Below are positions 1 to 9,554 of a stretch of DNA of 32,883 bases, in pieces (within the stretch, counting starts at the first letter, position 1; every line of letters begins with the position of its first letter). Source of the DNA: Candidatus Asgardarchaeum abyssi (GTDB lineage: Archaea > Asgardarchaeota > Asgardarchaeia > Asgardarchaeales > Asgardarchaeaceae); assembly GCA_040225955.1 (NCBI GenBank), contig JBECUL010000023.1, positions 1 through 32,883 on the forward strand, in the 5' to 3' direction. Both the position numbers and the translations under genes were made by a program. The notes beneath the pieces are model-generated. The model did no database searches, was not told the origin of the DNA, and saw nothing but the letters and a program-made list of their open reading frames with translations.

Positions 1-112
1 TCGTAAGCTGAAGCGGTTCAATAATATGGCGGAATTGGGTAAGAGGGTGCTGTTGGAGGTGACATAAAAAATAAAAGGGAGTAACGAGAACGGGTTATAG
101 AGCGACGAAGTT
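1..112 (+). mobile_element. Probable right end of an insertion sequence: 3' end of a putative transposase ORF (2..67, ...RKLKRFNNMAELGKRVLLEVT*) and terminal inverted repeat GAGCGACGAAGTT (100..112)
   Basis: GC is higher than in the flanking DNA. An open frame ends in TAA at 65-67. The 13-mer at 100-112 is the exact reverse complement of 32830-32842 at the other contig end. Transposase identity is inferred, not recognised. Confidence 0.6.
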
Positions 113-114
113 TT

Positions 115-517
115 TCATAGAAAATAAAAGTCAGCTATTTCAAAATAACCGTCTCTATTACCGTCTTTAAAATAGCCGTAAAATGCGAATACTGCTTTTG
201 AATAATTGTAAATCTCTATTTCAGATATATGAGGATAGGTGTTATAATAGATTATAGCACTACGTTCAATTCTAAATTTAACGTAATCATTCTCCTTACT
301 AAAATTTAATATTCTAACCACAATGTCACTCTGTTCGGAATATTCAATTTTTTCCGTGTTATTAAAGATTATAATATAAACTATGGGTTGCCTTGTAATT
401 ATAAGTACTTCCTGTTGAAATAAATTCTTCTTGCTGTGAGTTATTGAACCATGAAACAAACATGCACAACAACAATAATAATACAATTACTACGGCGAAT
501 GCTTTTCTTAACGGCAT
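115..517 (-). pseudogene. Frameshifted, probably IS-truncated gene for a secreted or membrane-anchored protein
   Basis: ATG at 517 opens MPLRKAFAVVIVLLLLLCMFVSWFNNSQQEEFISTGSTYNYKAT (signal/anchor helix) and stops at 362-364. Removing one C from the CCC run near 385-387 joins it to the 115..486 frame (IVYIIIFNNTEK...), which ends 2 nt from the IS repeat. Confidence 0.6.
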
Positions 518-617
518 CTCATTTATATATCCTTAAAATCTTGCTTAAAAAATCTATCATTAATGCAGAGTCATTATAATTCACTTTTACTTGATCACGG
601 TTAATGTCTACAACTAC

Positions 618-2339
618 TTAAGATTCCTTGAGCACTAATTCGCTTTTCGGTCCAATCCGTATTATTTTACTAATACGAGTAATATCGGTATTCTTAAGTA
701 GAGCATTAATAATCTCTCCAGAGCTATGAAACGGAATGGCAATACTTGGCCTTAACTTTTTAATAACATACTCGATTTGTTTCATATCTGCGTGTGATGC
801 CAATACATAATTTGGATGTATTACATTAAATATTCTATTCTTTATTTCTATCTCTTTTTCAATAATGCGATATGTACCAAATTCATGATGTTTAATGCGG
901 ATATGCCTTTTTCCATTTATAATTTCTTTACCTATTCCTTCTCTTTGAGCCCCCGTCAGAACCAATAAACAATTTTCTCTTTCTGAAATTTTAACTAAAT
1001 AATTTGTAATAGGCGGACGAGTTAAATCATGAGGATGACTTATTATGATGCTACTTTCCCCTAAAGCTTTGATCATATCAAGAGGTTTTCTTATTTCCTT
1101 ACGCATAACACTTGAAAATGGGTCACGTTCTTTCTCAATAAGTTCTTTGATGGAAACTGCTTGATCATCCTTCCTGTACTTTATGAATTTCATAAATTCG
1201 ATTATTCTTGGCTCCATATAGACGCTTGGCTTCCATCCCTTCCTTGTGAAATATTCAAAAAGTTTAAGATATAATGTCAAGTCGTAGCTTCCAGGTGTTG
1301 TGCTTATTAGAACGTTACCATTTGTTTTAAGTGTGTTCTCAATTTCGGATAGTAGTTTCTCAAAAATTACGTTATCTGGCGGCATTTCAATATTTCCAAA
1401 AGTGGAGTCGAAAAGTAGAACATCTATTGGACTATTTATTTTATCGATACTTTCTCTACCTCCGCCCATTGGTGGTCTATCTCTCAAAAAGAAATCCCCT
1501 GTATAGAGAAATCTAAAGTCTTCAACTTTTATAAGAATCATAGCTGAGCCTGGCAGATGCCCTGATCTATAAAAAGTTATTGTTACATCTTTGGCGATTT
1601 TAATATCCTTTTCATAGGGAACCATGAAAACCTTTGAAAGAAAATTCGTAAGTTTTTCTTTATCTTTCCAGCTTCTAAATGCTATATAATCAGTGGTTGT
1701 AGCTGTCATCAAAATTGGGCCGCTATATCCACGCTCTACAAATTCTATTATTGACCCAGCATGGTCGATGTGGGCATGTGTTATAACTACAATGTCAACC
1801 AGATCATTTTCAATTAGATATTTTAGGCTATTCTTATCCATCGAGCAATCTAAAAGTATGTTAAATGTTCCTATTCTGAGAAGATACGCATTATTGTTGC
1901 TACTTGATGCAATAACTTGAAGTACAATGGGAGTCTTTATTGGAATATCAAATCGTAAACTCTCAAGATTATTAAATTTTGTACATTCGTCTACAAATTT
2001 TGAAATCTCACTAATTCTTAGCTCTACACCTGTTACGTAAGGATACCAGCCTACTTCCTTTGCTATTCTCCATCGTTTATTAAATATCTCTTGTGTTTCA
2101 ACACATCTAAAAGCAAGTATCCGAGCACTTGGATAGACTATTATCTCCTTTATTCCTCTTTTAGAATATTCTGGAATATACTTAGCATTTAGTATACGCT
2201 CTATTGCCTCCTTAAATGGAAGTTGGGGAATATTTTCCTTTTCGAGAAATCTTAAAACCTTAAAATATCTTCGTGTCTTTGGCGGATTCTTATCTCTAAC
2301 TCTGTAGGGTATACCATGTATTGTTCCAGATTCATCCAT
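618..2339 (-). CDS. Metallo-beta-lactamase beta-CASP ribonuclease (divergent aCPSF1/FttA-like paralog)
   Basis: Motifs LLDCS, THAHIDHAG, SGHLPGS, YTGD, DSTFG, SHAD and PFH. Start moved to ATG 2339, which has GGTGG upstream and avoids a 41-nt overlap with the neighbouring gene. Confidence 0.85.
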   Translation of the reverse strand: MDESGTIHGIPYRVRDKNPPKTRRYFKVLRFLEKENIPQLPFKEAIERILNAKYIPEYSKRGIKEIIVYPSARILAFRCVETQEIFNKRWRIAKEVGWYPYVTGVELRISEISKFVDECTKFNNLESLRFDIPIKTPIVLQVIASSSNNNAYLLRIGTFNILLDCSMDKNSLKYLIENDLVDIVVITHAHIDHAGSIIEFVERGYSGPILMTATTTDYIAFRSWKDKEKLTNFLSKVFMVPYEKDIKIAKDVTITFYRSGHLPGSAMILIKVEDFRFLYTGDFFLRDRPPMGGGRESIDKINSPIDVLLFDSTFGNIEMPPDNVIFEKLLSEIENTLKTNGNVLISTTPGSYDLTLYLKLFEYFTRKGWKPSVYMEPRIIEFMKFIKYRKDDQAVSIKELIEKERDPFSSVMRKEIRKPLDMIKALGESSIIISHPHDLTRPPITNYLVKISERENCLLVLTGAQREGIGKEIINGKRHIRIKHHEFGTYRIIEKEIEIKNRIFNVIHPNYVLASHADMKQIEYVIKKLRPSIAIPFHSSGEIINALLKNTDITRISKIIRIGPKSELVLKES

Positions 2340-2355
2340 TAGCGCCACCAATATA

Positions 2356-3612
2356 TTAGTCCTCAATGTTTTTCTCAAAGTATGTATATATCTCATAGAA
2401 ACTCAAGTCGTCACGAAGAATATCATCCTTCCAAGGTTCCATAATCATTTTCCTTGAAATAACTCTTATTAGGGATAATTTATTTTCATCAACACTTTGT
2501 TCTTTTGTTATCATAATTCCTCCGACGAGATATTCACCATCAAAGATGAACTTCTTGTATATCATCTTTCCGAGGTTCTTATATGTGAATATTTCATATT
2601 TATCATCTGTTCCAGTTGTCAGACCCGCTGCTAATATATTATATTTGCCTATTGTAAAACCGATAGCTGTTACTGTGCCCATATATTCACACGCTGGTTC
2701 AACAATATTATACGCTACCAATTCTCCTTGCTCCTTTGCAATCTCCCACCCTTGATGGGGCATATTTTTTCCGTAAATAACGTCATACACCTCAGCAACA
2801 TCACCGATGGCATATACATCTTCTACATTTGTCATAAAGTAATGATCCACAATGATTCCTTCTCCAACTTTAATTTTCGATTTTCTTAAGAAGTCTATAT
2901 TTGGAGTAAAGTTCTCATCAATAATTACAATATCCGCGGGTATTTGCTTTCCAGAGCTTAATTTTATACTTTTTTTCTTTCTATCAACATTGCTTATCTC
3001 AACATCCGGATAAAAGTTGACTCCCAAATACGAAAATAATTTTGAAATTACTATTTTTGAGAAATCATCAAAAAGGTTCCATGTCATATTTCCCTTTCTG
3101 ATGATAAGGCTCACGTTTTTATTGATATCCACTAATTCAGCAGCTAATGTAAATGATGATTGATTACCGCCAATTATTACTACATTATTCGCCGTTTTAA
3201 GAGCACTCTTTATGCTTTTTGCATCATCCATCGTCTTTAAATAATACGTTGGAAGTTGAAAGATTTTTTGATTTATTTTTGAAATTGGTTTGCTTCCGCT
3301 GGCAATAATAAGTTTATCGTATCCATAATATTCTCCGTCAGATAATCGAATTTCATAATTATCGGTATCAATGAATGTTACCGTACCAAATATTATGTTA
3401 ATGTTATTTTCCTCATAAAAGTCAAGATCTGTTAGAAGTATGTAATCTTCATCCACCTTCCCTGATATGAAAAATGGTAGGTCTCTCTTATCATAGATAG
3501 GATACTTTTCTTTCGTGAATATGTAAATTTCAGCGTTTTTGCGTAGTTTTCTTAAGCGAAGAGCAGCAGAGAAACCAGCGATACCATTTCCAATTATCAG
3601 ATAGGTCGCCAT
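2356..3612 (-). CDS. FAD-dependent pyridine nucleotide-disulfide oxidoreductase (NirB/rubredoxin reductase-like)
   Basis: N-terminal IIGNGIAG FAD motif, YDKLIIASGS, TNVEDVYAIGDVAE; the C-terminal YKKFIFDGEYLVGG resembles the NirB/rubredoxin-reductase C domain. Confidence 0.85.
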   Translation of the reverse strand: MATYLIIGNGIAGFSAALRLRKLRKNAEIYIFTKEKYPIYDKRDLPFFISGKVDEDYILLTDLDFYEENNINIIFGTVTFIDTDNYEIRLSDGEYYGYDKLIIASGSKPISKINQKIFQLPTYYLKTMDDAKSIKSALKTANNVVIIGGNQSSFTLAAELVDINKNVSLIIRKGNMTWNLFDDFSKIVISKLFSYLGVNFYPDVEISNVDRKKKSIKLSSGKQIPADIVIIDENFTPNIDFLRKSKIKVGEGIIVDHYFMTNVEDVYAIGDVAEVYDVIYGKNMPHQGWEIAKEQGELVAYNIVEPACEYMGTVTAIGFTIGKYNILAAGLTTGTDDKYEIFTYKNLGKMIYKKFIFDGEYLVGGIMITKEQSVDENKLSLIRVISRKMIMEPWKDDILRDDLSFYEIYTYFEKNIED

Positions 3613-3758
3613 ATCATATTCCTCTTCTGATGAGGGATTGATATTATCTCTCTAATGACATTTTTAATCTTTATCTCATTTATAAATTTAATTTATTAAA
3701 CGTAACAGTTAATAACTTATTCAGTATACTCACATACATAGATTCCATGGGGTTCTAA

Positions 3759-5858
3759 ATGGCAAAGTTGCTTATTGCTGAGAAGTACAAGGCTGGAAGA
3801 AAAATAGCTAATGCGCTAGGTAAGGTTAGTGTTGAGCAGTATTATGACGTGCCCCTCTTTAAAGTAAATGGTGGACAAATATACGTTCTACCATTAAAAG
3901 GTCATATATCGACATATACCACAATAGATGAATTTTCAAAGTGGAAGAAGTGCGACCCACGAGAGATAATAGTAAAAAAGGATGTTATTGTTAAAGTTTT
4001 TGAAAAGGATTTTGAGAAATACATAAAGGCTTTGCAGTTAATAGTTCCTAAATGTAGTGAAGTTATTATTGCAACAGATGCTGATGAAGAGGGGGAAAAC
4101 ATAGGCTTATTAGAAGGGTATGAGTTAATTAAGAAAATACGTCCTCTTCCAGTTAAAAGAATGTGGCTTCATACTTTAATTCCAGAAGATATCCGTGTTG
4201 CATTCTATAACACAATAGAACCAAAATGGTCATGGGCTTATGCTGTTGAAGCACGCAGGGTAATTGATGCCTTTATAGGATTCAGTAGCACTAGAGAATT
4301 AACTCTCGCTTTAGAAAATGCAGGCCTTCTCAGAAAAATTGGTACTCATGTTGCAAGTATAGGTCGTGTTCAAACAGCATTACTCTATCAAATATATCTT
4401 CGCGAAAAAGAAATCCGTGAATTTGTTCCCAAACCATTTTGGAATATTTATGCAACTTTAGACACGCCAGAAGGACTTTTTAAATTTAAGTATGAGAAAG
4501 GGCCTATTTGGTCTGAGTCTGATGCGAAGAAATTATATGATTCACTTAAGAATGAAAAGGTTGCTCACTTCTTAAATAAAGAGAGAAAAATAGTTAAAAT
4601 GAGTCCACCAACGCCATTAAATATAACCAAAGCATTAAAGCTTCTAACTAAGCAATTAAAAATAACTGCGGAGCGTGCTTTAAAAATATTGGAGGATTTA
4701 TACTTAGAGGAACTTATAACATATCCACGAACGGATACCGACAAATACAGTGAGAGCTTTAATCATTATATGAACCTCCAGAAATTTACTGAAAATCCCA
4801 TTTTTGGTAAATTTGCACAAAAACTAATCGAGCTAAAATGGTTAACACCAAATAATGGTCGTAATTTTGTAGGAGATCATGAACCAATAACACCCATTTC
4901 ATCAGCTACACCAGACAGTAAGAAATTTTATACAAAACTTCATTGGAATGCTTATGAAATTATTGTTCGTCATTATTTAGCTCTTTTTTATGATAATGCT
5001 GAAATAGAAAAAGGAACCTTACGAGTTACTATTAAAAACGAACCATTTATAATTTCAGGACAAAGAGTAGTTAAATTAGGATACTTAGAAGTGTACCCAT
5101 ATGACATACCTAAGTCATCACTTCTACCACCAGAACTACCAGATTATGTGGTAAAAGGCATGTCTCTTAAAAAGGATAAAACTAAACCACCTCCAAGATA
5201 TACTGAAAGCGATCTCATTTCCCTAATGGAAAAATTGAATCTAGGTACAAAGAGTACACGTCCTGAAATGATTGAGATAAACAAGAGACGAAAATACATT
5301 GTGAGAAAAGGTCAAACGCTTCGTATAACACCTATTGGACGGGCTCTTATGGAGATTTTGGAAAGAATCTGGCCAGAATTTGTCAATCCTTCTTTCACCG
5401 CAAAAATTGAAGAAAAACTAAAATTAATAATGGAACAAAAAGCAAATCATGAGGAAATAATAGAACAGACCAGAAGAGAATTTTTAGAATTATTCGATAA
5501 GCTCAGGCGAGAGAGAGAAACAATAATTGGAAAAATATCTGGAGCTGTTATCGAGAGCTTACGAGACGAAGCATTAATAGAATGTCCTTCTTGCGGATAT
5601 CCTATGGTTTTAAGAGGGGGAAGAAATGATTCTCGTTATCTTAAGTGCCTAAAATGCGGAAATGTCCTATTTTTACCTAAGCGTGGAACAATAAAAAAGA
5701 CTAAGTATAAGTGCAAAAAATGCAACACAACAGTGATAAAGGTCAATCTAAAGAACAAAAAAATAACATATTATTTATGCCCACTCTGCTATCAAACATT
5801 GGGTCCGTGCTTTAAATGTTCACAAATGGATTGTATTATAAAGAAGTTAAAGAAGTGA
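3759..5858 (+). CDS. topA: Type IA DNA topoisomerase (Topo III-like) with C-terminal Cys-rich zinc ribbons
   Basis: TOPRIM motifs IAEK, LKGH and ATDADEEGENI; SIGRVQT; catalytic LITYPRTD; DHEPITP; LGTKSTR; five CxxC pairs at the C-terminus. Confidence 0.95.
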   Translation: MAKLLIAEKYKAGRKIANALGKVSVEQYYDVPLFKVNGGQIYVLPLKGHISTYTTIDEFSKWKKCDPREIIVKKDVIVKVFEKDFEKYIKALQLIVPKCSEVIIATDADEEGENIGLLEGYELIKKIRPLPVKRMWLHTLIPEDIRVAFYNTIEPKWSWAYAVEARRVIDAFIGFSSTRELTLALENAGLLRKIGTHVASIGRVQTALLYQIYLREKEIREFVPKPFWNIYATLDTPEGLFKFKYEKGPIWSESDAKKLYDSLKNEKVAHFLNKERKIVKMSPPTPLNITKALKLLTKQLKITAERALKILEDLYLEELITYPRTDTDKYSESFNHYMNLQKFTENPIFGKFAQKLIELKWLTPNNGRNFVGDHEPITPISSATPDSKKFYTKLHWNAYEIIVRHYLALFYDNAEIEKGTLRVTIKNEPFIISGQRVVKLGYLEVYPYDIPKSSLLPPELPDYVVKGMSLKKDKTKPPPRYTESDLISLMEKLNLGTKSTRPEMIEINKRRKYIVRKGQTLRITPIGRALMEILERIWPEFVNPSFTAKIEEKLKLIMEQKANHEEIIEQTRREFLELFDKLRRERETIIGKISGAVIESLRDEALIECPSCGYPMVLRGGRNDSRYLKCLKCGNVLFLPKRGTIKKTKYKCKKCNTTVIKVNLKNKKITYYLCPLCYQTLGPCFKCSQMDCIIKKLKK

Positions 5859-5918
5859 GGTTTTAAACTTCGCTCATTGTCAAATAATAAAAATCTATGG
5901 ATCGTTATTGGGCAATTA

Positions 5919-6905
5919 TCAATACCCTAACTCTTTATTAATAATATTAATTAAAGGCTTTCCAAGAGCTAATCTATTTATATTTTCTGCGACTTGTTTT
6001 AATTGTTCCTCTTGTGACTCTTTAGTTTTCCATGCAATATGGGGTGTCATTATAACATTTCTGAGTTCATGGAAGGGATATTTAGATGGATATGTTTTTT
6101 CACCAGCTTTTTTAGGATATATGTACCAAACATCTAACCCTGCACCTCTGATAATTCCAGCCCTGAGCGCGGTATATAAAGCTTTTTCGTCAACAATATC
6201 GCCTCTAGAAATATTAATTAAATATGCAGATCTTTTCATGAGTTTCAATTCTTTTAAACCTATTAATCCTTTAGTCTCTTTCGTTCTAGGGACTGCTATT
6301 ACCAAAAAATCAGAATTTTTTAAAATATATTCTAAATCGCTTTTGTCCCCAAGAAAATCAAGTCCTAGTTCTTCCTTTAATTTCTCATCCTTTGTTCTTT
6401 TTATAGCAATAACTCTCATTCCAAGAGCTTTCCCAAGTTTAACAATAAGTTTCCCAACATGTCCTAGTCCTATGATACCAAGAGTTTTCCCCTTAAGTTG
6501 GGTGTTGAAAAAATCTTTCTTCTCATCCATCCAGTATCCTTGTCTAAAACTTTTATCGTAAGGTATAATATTTTTCGCAAGAGCAAGGATTAGTGAAATC
6601 GCATGTTCTGCAACAGCCACAGCATTCCCGTGGGTGTTTGCAATTAATATGTCTCTATCTTTTACTAGCTCTAATAATTTCTCTCTTACTCCGGCCCCAA
6701 AAACTTGGATCAACTTTAAGTTCTTTGCTTCATCGATCATTTCTTTTGTTAATCGACTGCCAAATACCATGTCTACATCTCTTATATATGGAATGACATC
6801 ATCTGGATTTATAGAGTCGATAGCTATGAATTCACAATCAACCTTAACGAGCCTTCTTAGATCATTTAAGAAGCGGGAGTAACCTCCTAGGAGCAGAACT
6901 TTCAT
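5919..6905 (-). CDS. D-isomer-specific 2-hydroxyacid dehydrogenase (SerA/glycerate dehydrogenase family)
   Basis: NAVAVAEHA, GKTLGIIGLGHVG, LINISRG, AGLDVW and TPHIA motifs. Confidence 0.92.
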   Translation of the reverse strand: MKVLLLGGYSRFLNDLRRLVKVDCEFIAIDSINPDDVIPYIRDVDMVFGSRLTKEMIDEAKNLKLIQVFGAGVREKLLELVKDRDILIANTHGNAVAVAEHAISLILALAKNIIPYDKSFRQGYWMDEKKDFFNTQLKGKTLGIIGLGHVGKLIVKLGKALGMRVIAIKRTKDEKLKEELGLDFLGDKSDLEYILKNSDFLVIAVPRTKETKGLIGLKELKLMKRSAYLINISRGDIVDEKALYTALRAGIIRGAGLDVWYIYPKKAGEKTYPSKYPFHELRNVIMTPHIAWKTKESQEEQLKQVAENINRLALGKPLINIINKELGY

Positions 6906-7039
6906 ATTAATCCCTTTTAATATTCGCTTTATTGCACTACATGATAACAGAAAATATAAACATTATACTTGAATATTATGTAATGGAAATCCTTAATTAA
7001 GTATCAATTAATCTTTTAGTTAAGTATTCTGACCCATCG

Positions 7040-7735
7040 GTGATTGTTGTGAATTGGGAAAGGATGGTAATTTATCTTAAAGATGTTTGGGTGAGTTTTT
7101 CATCAAATAATACAAATGTGAATATACTGAAAGGTACAAATCTTAAAGTGAATGAGGGGGAGTTCATAACTATAACCGGCCCTACAGGCTCAGGAAAGAC
7201 AACACTTCTATATACGATTGCAGGTATTATAAGCCCTGCTAAGGGGGATGTATATATTTACACAATGAAACTTAATACCATGAGTGAAGAGGCTAAAGCT
7301 TACCTTCGAGCTGAATATATGGGATTCGTTTTTCAAGATTATAATTTAATTTCATCATTCACCGTTTTTGAAAATATATTATTCCCTATGGAACTTCTCG
7401 ATGAGCCCCCTGATTTAGATTTTGCAAAGAGTTTAATCAAAAAGTTTGGGCTAAATGGTAAGGAGAATTTATTACCATATCAATTAAGTGGTGGTGAAAA
7501 ACAGAGAGTTGCTTTTGCTAGAGCTTTAGCAAACAATCCTCCAATACTGTTAGTTGATGAACCTACTAGTAATTTAGATGAAGAGAATAAAAAACGTATA
7601 AAAGAAATTCTTACAGAGCTAAAAAATGAGGGCCGAACAATAATTTTAGTTTCACATGATAGAAAGTTATGGCCTCTCTCAGATAGATTATACAAGTTAG
7701 AAAATGGGCGGTTAGTTGAATGTTCTTTAGGCTGA
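7040..7735 (+). CDS. ABC transporter ATP-binding protein (LolD/MacB/FtsE type)
   Basis: Walker A GPTGSGKT, GFVFQ, LSGGEKQRVAFARALAN, Walker B LLVDEPT, SHD. Confidence 0.95.
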   Translation: MIVVNWERMVIYLKDVWVSFSSNNTNVNILKGTNLKVNEGEFITITGPTGSGKTTLLYTIAGIISPAKGDVYIYTMKLNTMSEEAKAYLRAEYMGFVFQDYNLISSFTVFENILFPMELLDEPPDLDFAKSLIKKFGLNGKENLLPYQLSGGEKQRVAFARALANNPPILLVDEPTSNLDEENKKRIKEILTELKNEGRTIILVSHDRKLWPLSDRLYKLENGRLVECSLG

Positions 7736-9492
7736 TAATTAATGATATTATTAGAAAGAAATATGATAGTACTTTTTATATCATAGGTACAAGTCTTCCT
7801 TTGCTCAGCTCATTCATAATATCTCAGCTTTTAAGCTATTCACTAGGAACCTTAGAATTGATTCGGTCAATAAACATACCGTTAGCTTTTCAGAGAATAT
7901 TTCGGGATTTCTTTTTCTTTCTTTGGGTAATTTCTCTTTTTTCATCAATGGTATCAGCTTCAGCACTTAGTTATTTTATGGCTAAAAGTCGTCAGAGAGA
8001 CATATTTATAATGAAAGTCTCTGGTGCCACCACGGATGCTATTTACACTTTCTTTGTCTTTAGAATACTTTTTCTTTCTACATTTTCTTTCATCTTAGCT
8101 TTTATGATATGCTGTTTTTTCTCAATTTTTTCTGGCATGCCAATGTATAATTACTTGATGATTATCTCAACAATTTTCTTCTTTGTTACAGTATACTATG
8201 CTGGTTATAATGCTGCAGTAAAAGCTGTCCAGATGAAAACATCCCAATATTATCTTCCATCGCATTTAATTTCTCTCGCAGGAACAATATCTGGTGTTAT
8301 TGAAAGATTATCTTGGAAATCTAGGTATGCAATTAGATTGCTTAAAAAGGCTGGAAAGATTTCTAAATTCATAAGTTATTCAATTTTTATCAGCTTCTTC
8401 ATAGTAGCATTTACGTATTCTAGCTACTTTACTTTTATAGATACATCAGAGTACTATATCTATCAGTCTACAGGGAAAAATGTGGTTGCTATAGGAACTA
8501 CCGACATGGTTTTCTTTTATAAGGATTTTTTAAGTTTCAAATCAGAAACAAGAATAATCAACTTAAAGGAACAATTGCTACCAGAAATCTTAACAGATAT
8601 CATCTCAAATCTCTCATTTGTCGAACATATGGAAAAGCGATTAATTCTTTATGGTACTGTTAAGGCTATTGTAAGCTTTTCTAGCTCCACATCTCCATCG
8701 GAAATTATAAGAACATATACCAGGGACACTTATTTAGTAGGTGTTGATTTTAAAAACACAATAAGCAAATGGGTAATCTATGGATCCTATCCAAACGCAT
8801 CACATCATGTTCTAATTGGAGATACATTAGATACCTATCTCGTTGGAGAAGGGACATTAGATGCAATATATATCTTTGGATACAGATTCATAGCTACTGC
8901 AATATGTTTAACTATTGAAAATAGTGGAGACATTGTGTATATCAGCTTAGATGAATTAAAATCTCTATCTTCTATTAATGGATATAACCTTCTGCTTGTT
9001 CAACTGTCTAAAATAACTCCAAGTTTTATTAGTGAGCTCTCTTCTATCGTAAACTCTGCTGGTTTAAATTTCATAATAATCGACGATATAGTAAATGAGA
9101 ATATCAGTGCGTTATATCAAATTTGGCAACACGCATTATTAGTTTCTCTAGCAATAGTAATATCGATTCTAATTGTAATAAGTACATTTATTCATGTGGA
9201 GCTAAAATTAAGTTCGGATGATCTTAGAAATATGTTTCTCATTGGGGCATGTAAAAAAAGTATATCTGATATCTCATTCACGATAGGCATGATTAGCGTA
9301 ATTCAAATATTTATTCCAGCATATGTGCTAGGAAGTATTCTTGGCTTTATAATTCTATTTAGGCAAGCATTTTTAACTTATACATCACTGTTTATAGAGG
9401 GCCTTACGTTTTTATTACTTCTTGCAGTATTTGTTACACTATTTAAGCTAATCTCACTTCTGGTATTTAAGAAGAGCAGAATTGAACTTTAG
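7720..9492 (+). CDS. FtsX/MacB-like ABC permease
   Basis: Multiple TM helices; two FtsX-type signatures (RQRDIFIMKVSGA and DDLRNMFLIGA) flank a large soluble domain; overlaps the ATPase gene. Confidence 0.8.
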   Translation: MFFRLIINDIIRKKYDSTFYIIGTSLPLLSSFIISQLLSYSLGTLELIRSINIPLAFQRIFRDFFFFLWVISLFSSMVSASALSYFMAKSRQRDIFIMKVSGATTDAIYTFFVFRILFLSTFSFILAFMICCFFSIFSGMPMYNYLMIISTIFFFVTVYYAGYNAAVKAVQMKTSQYYLPSHLISLAGTISGVIERLSWKSRYAIRLLKKAGKISKFISYSIFISFFIVAFTYSSYFTFIDTSEYYIYQSTGKNVVAIGTTDMVFFYKDFLSFKSETRIINLKEQLLPEILTDIISNLSFVEHMEKRLILYGTVKAIVSFSSSTSPSEIIRTYTRDTYLVGVDFKNTISKWVIYGSYPNASHHVLIGDTLDTYLVGEGTLDAIYIFGYRFIATAICLTIENSGDIVYISLDELKSLSSINGYNLLLVQLSKITPSFISELSSIVNSAGLNFIIIDDIVNENISALYQIWQHALLVSLAIVISILIVISTFIHVELKLSSDDLRNMFLIGACKKSISDISFTIGMISVIQIFIPAYVLGSILGFIILFRQAFLTYTSLFIEGLTFLLLLAVFVTLFKLISLLVFKKSRIEL

Positions 9493-9554
9493 TATTAATT
9501 ATGGGAAGAAAAATAAAAATATATCATACTCTTCTTTACTAATGCTAAGTACAT

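Noticed and set aside
2340-2396. Listed N-terminal 19 aa of the beta-CASP ORF
   Set aside because: It overlaps the upstream gene by 41 nt; ATG 2339 with a GGTGG RBS is the more plausible start.
5908-6561. 217-aa plus-strand ORF
   Set aside because: It is the antisense shadow of the well-supported 2-hydroxyacid dehydrogenase and has a Ser/Phe-rich mirror composition. The same applies to the other short antisense ORFs (e.g. 1300, 10545, 25680, 30860).
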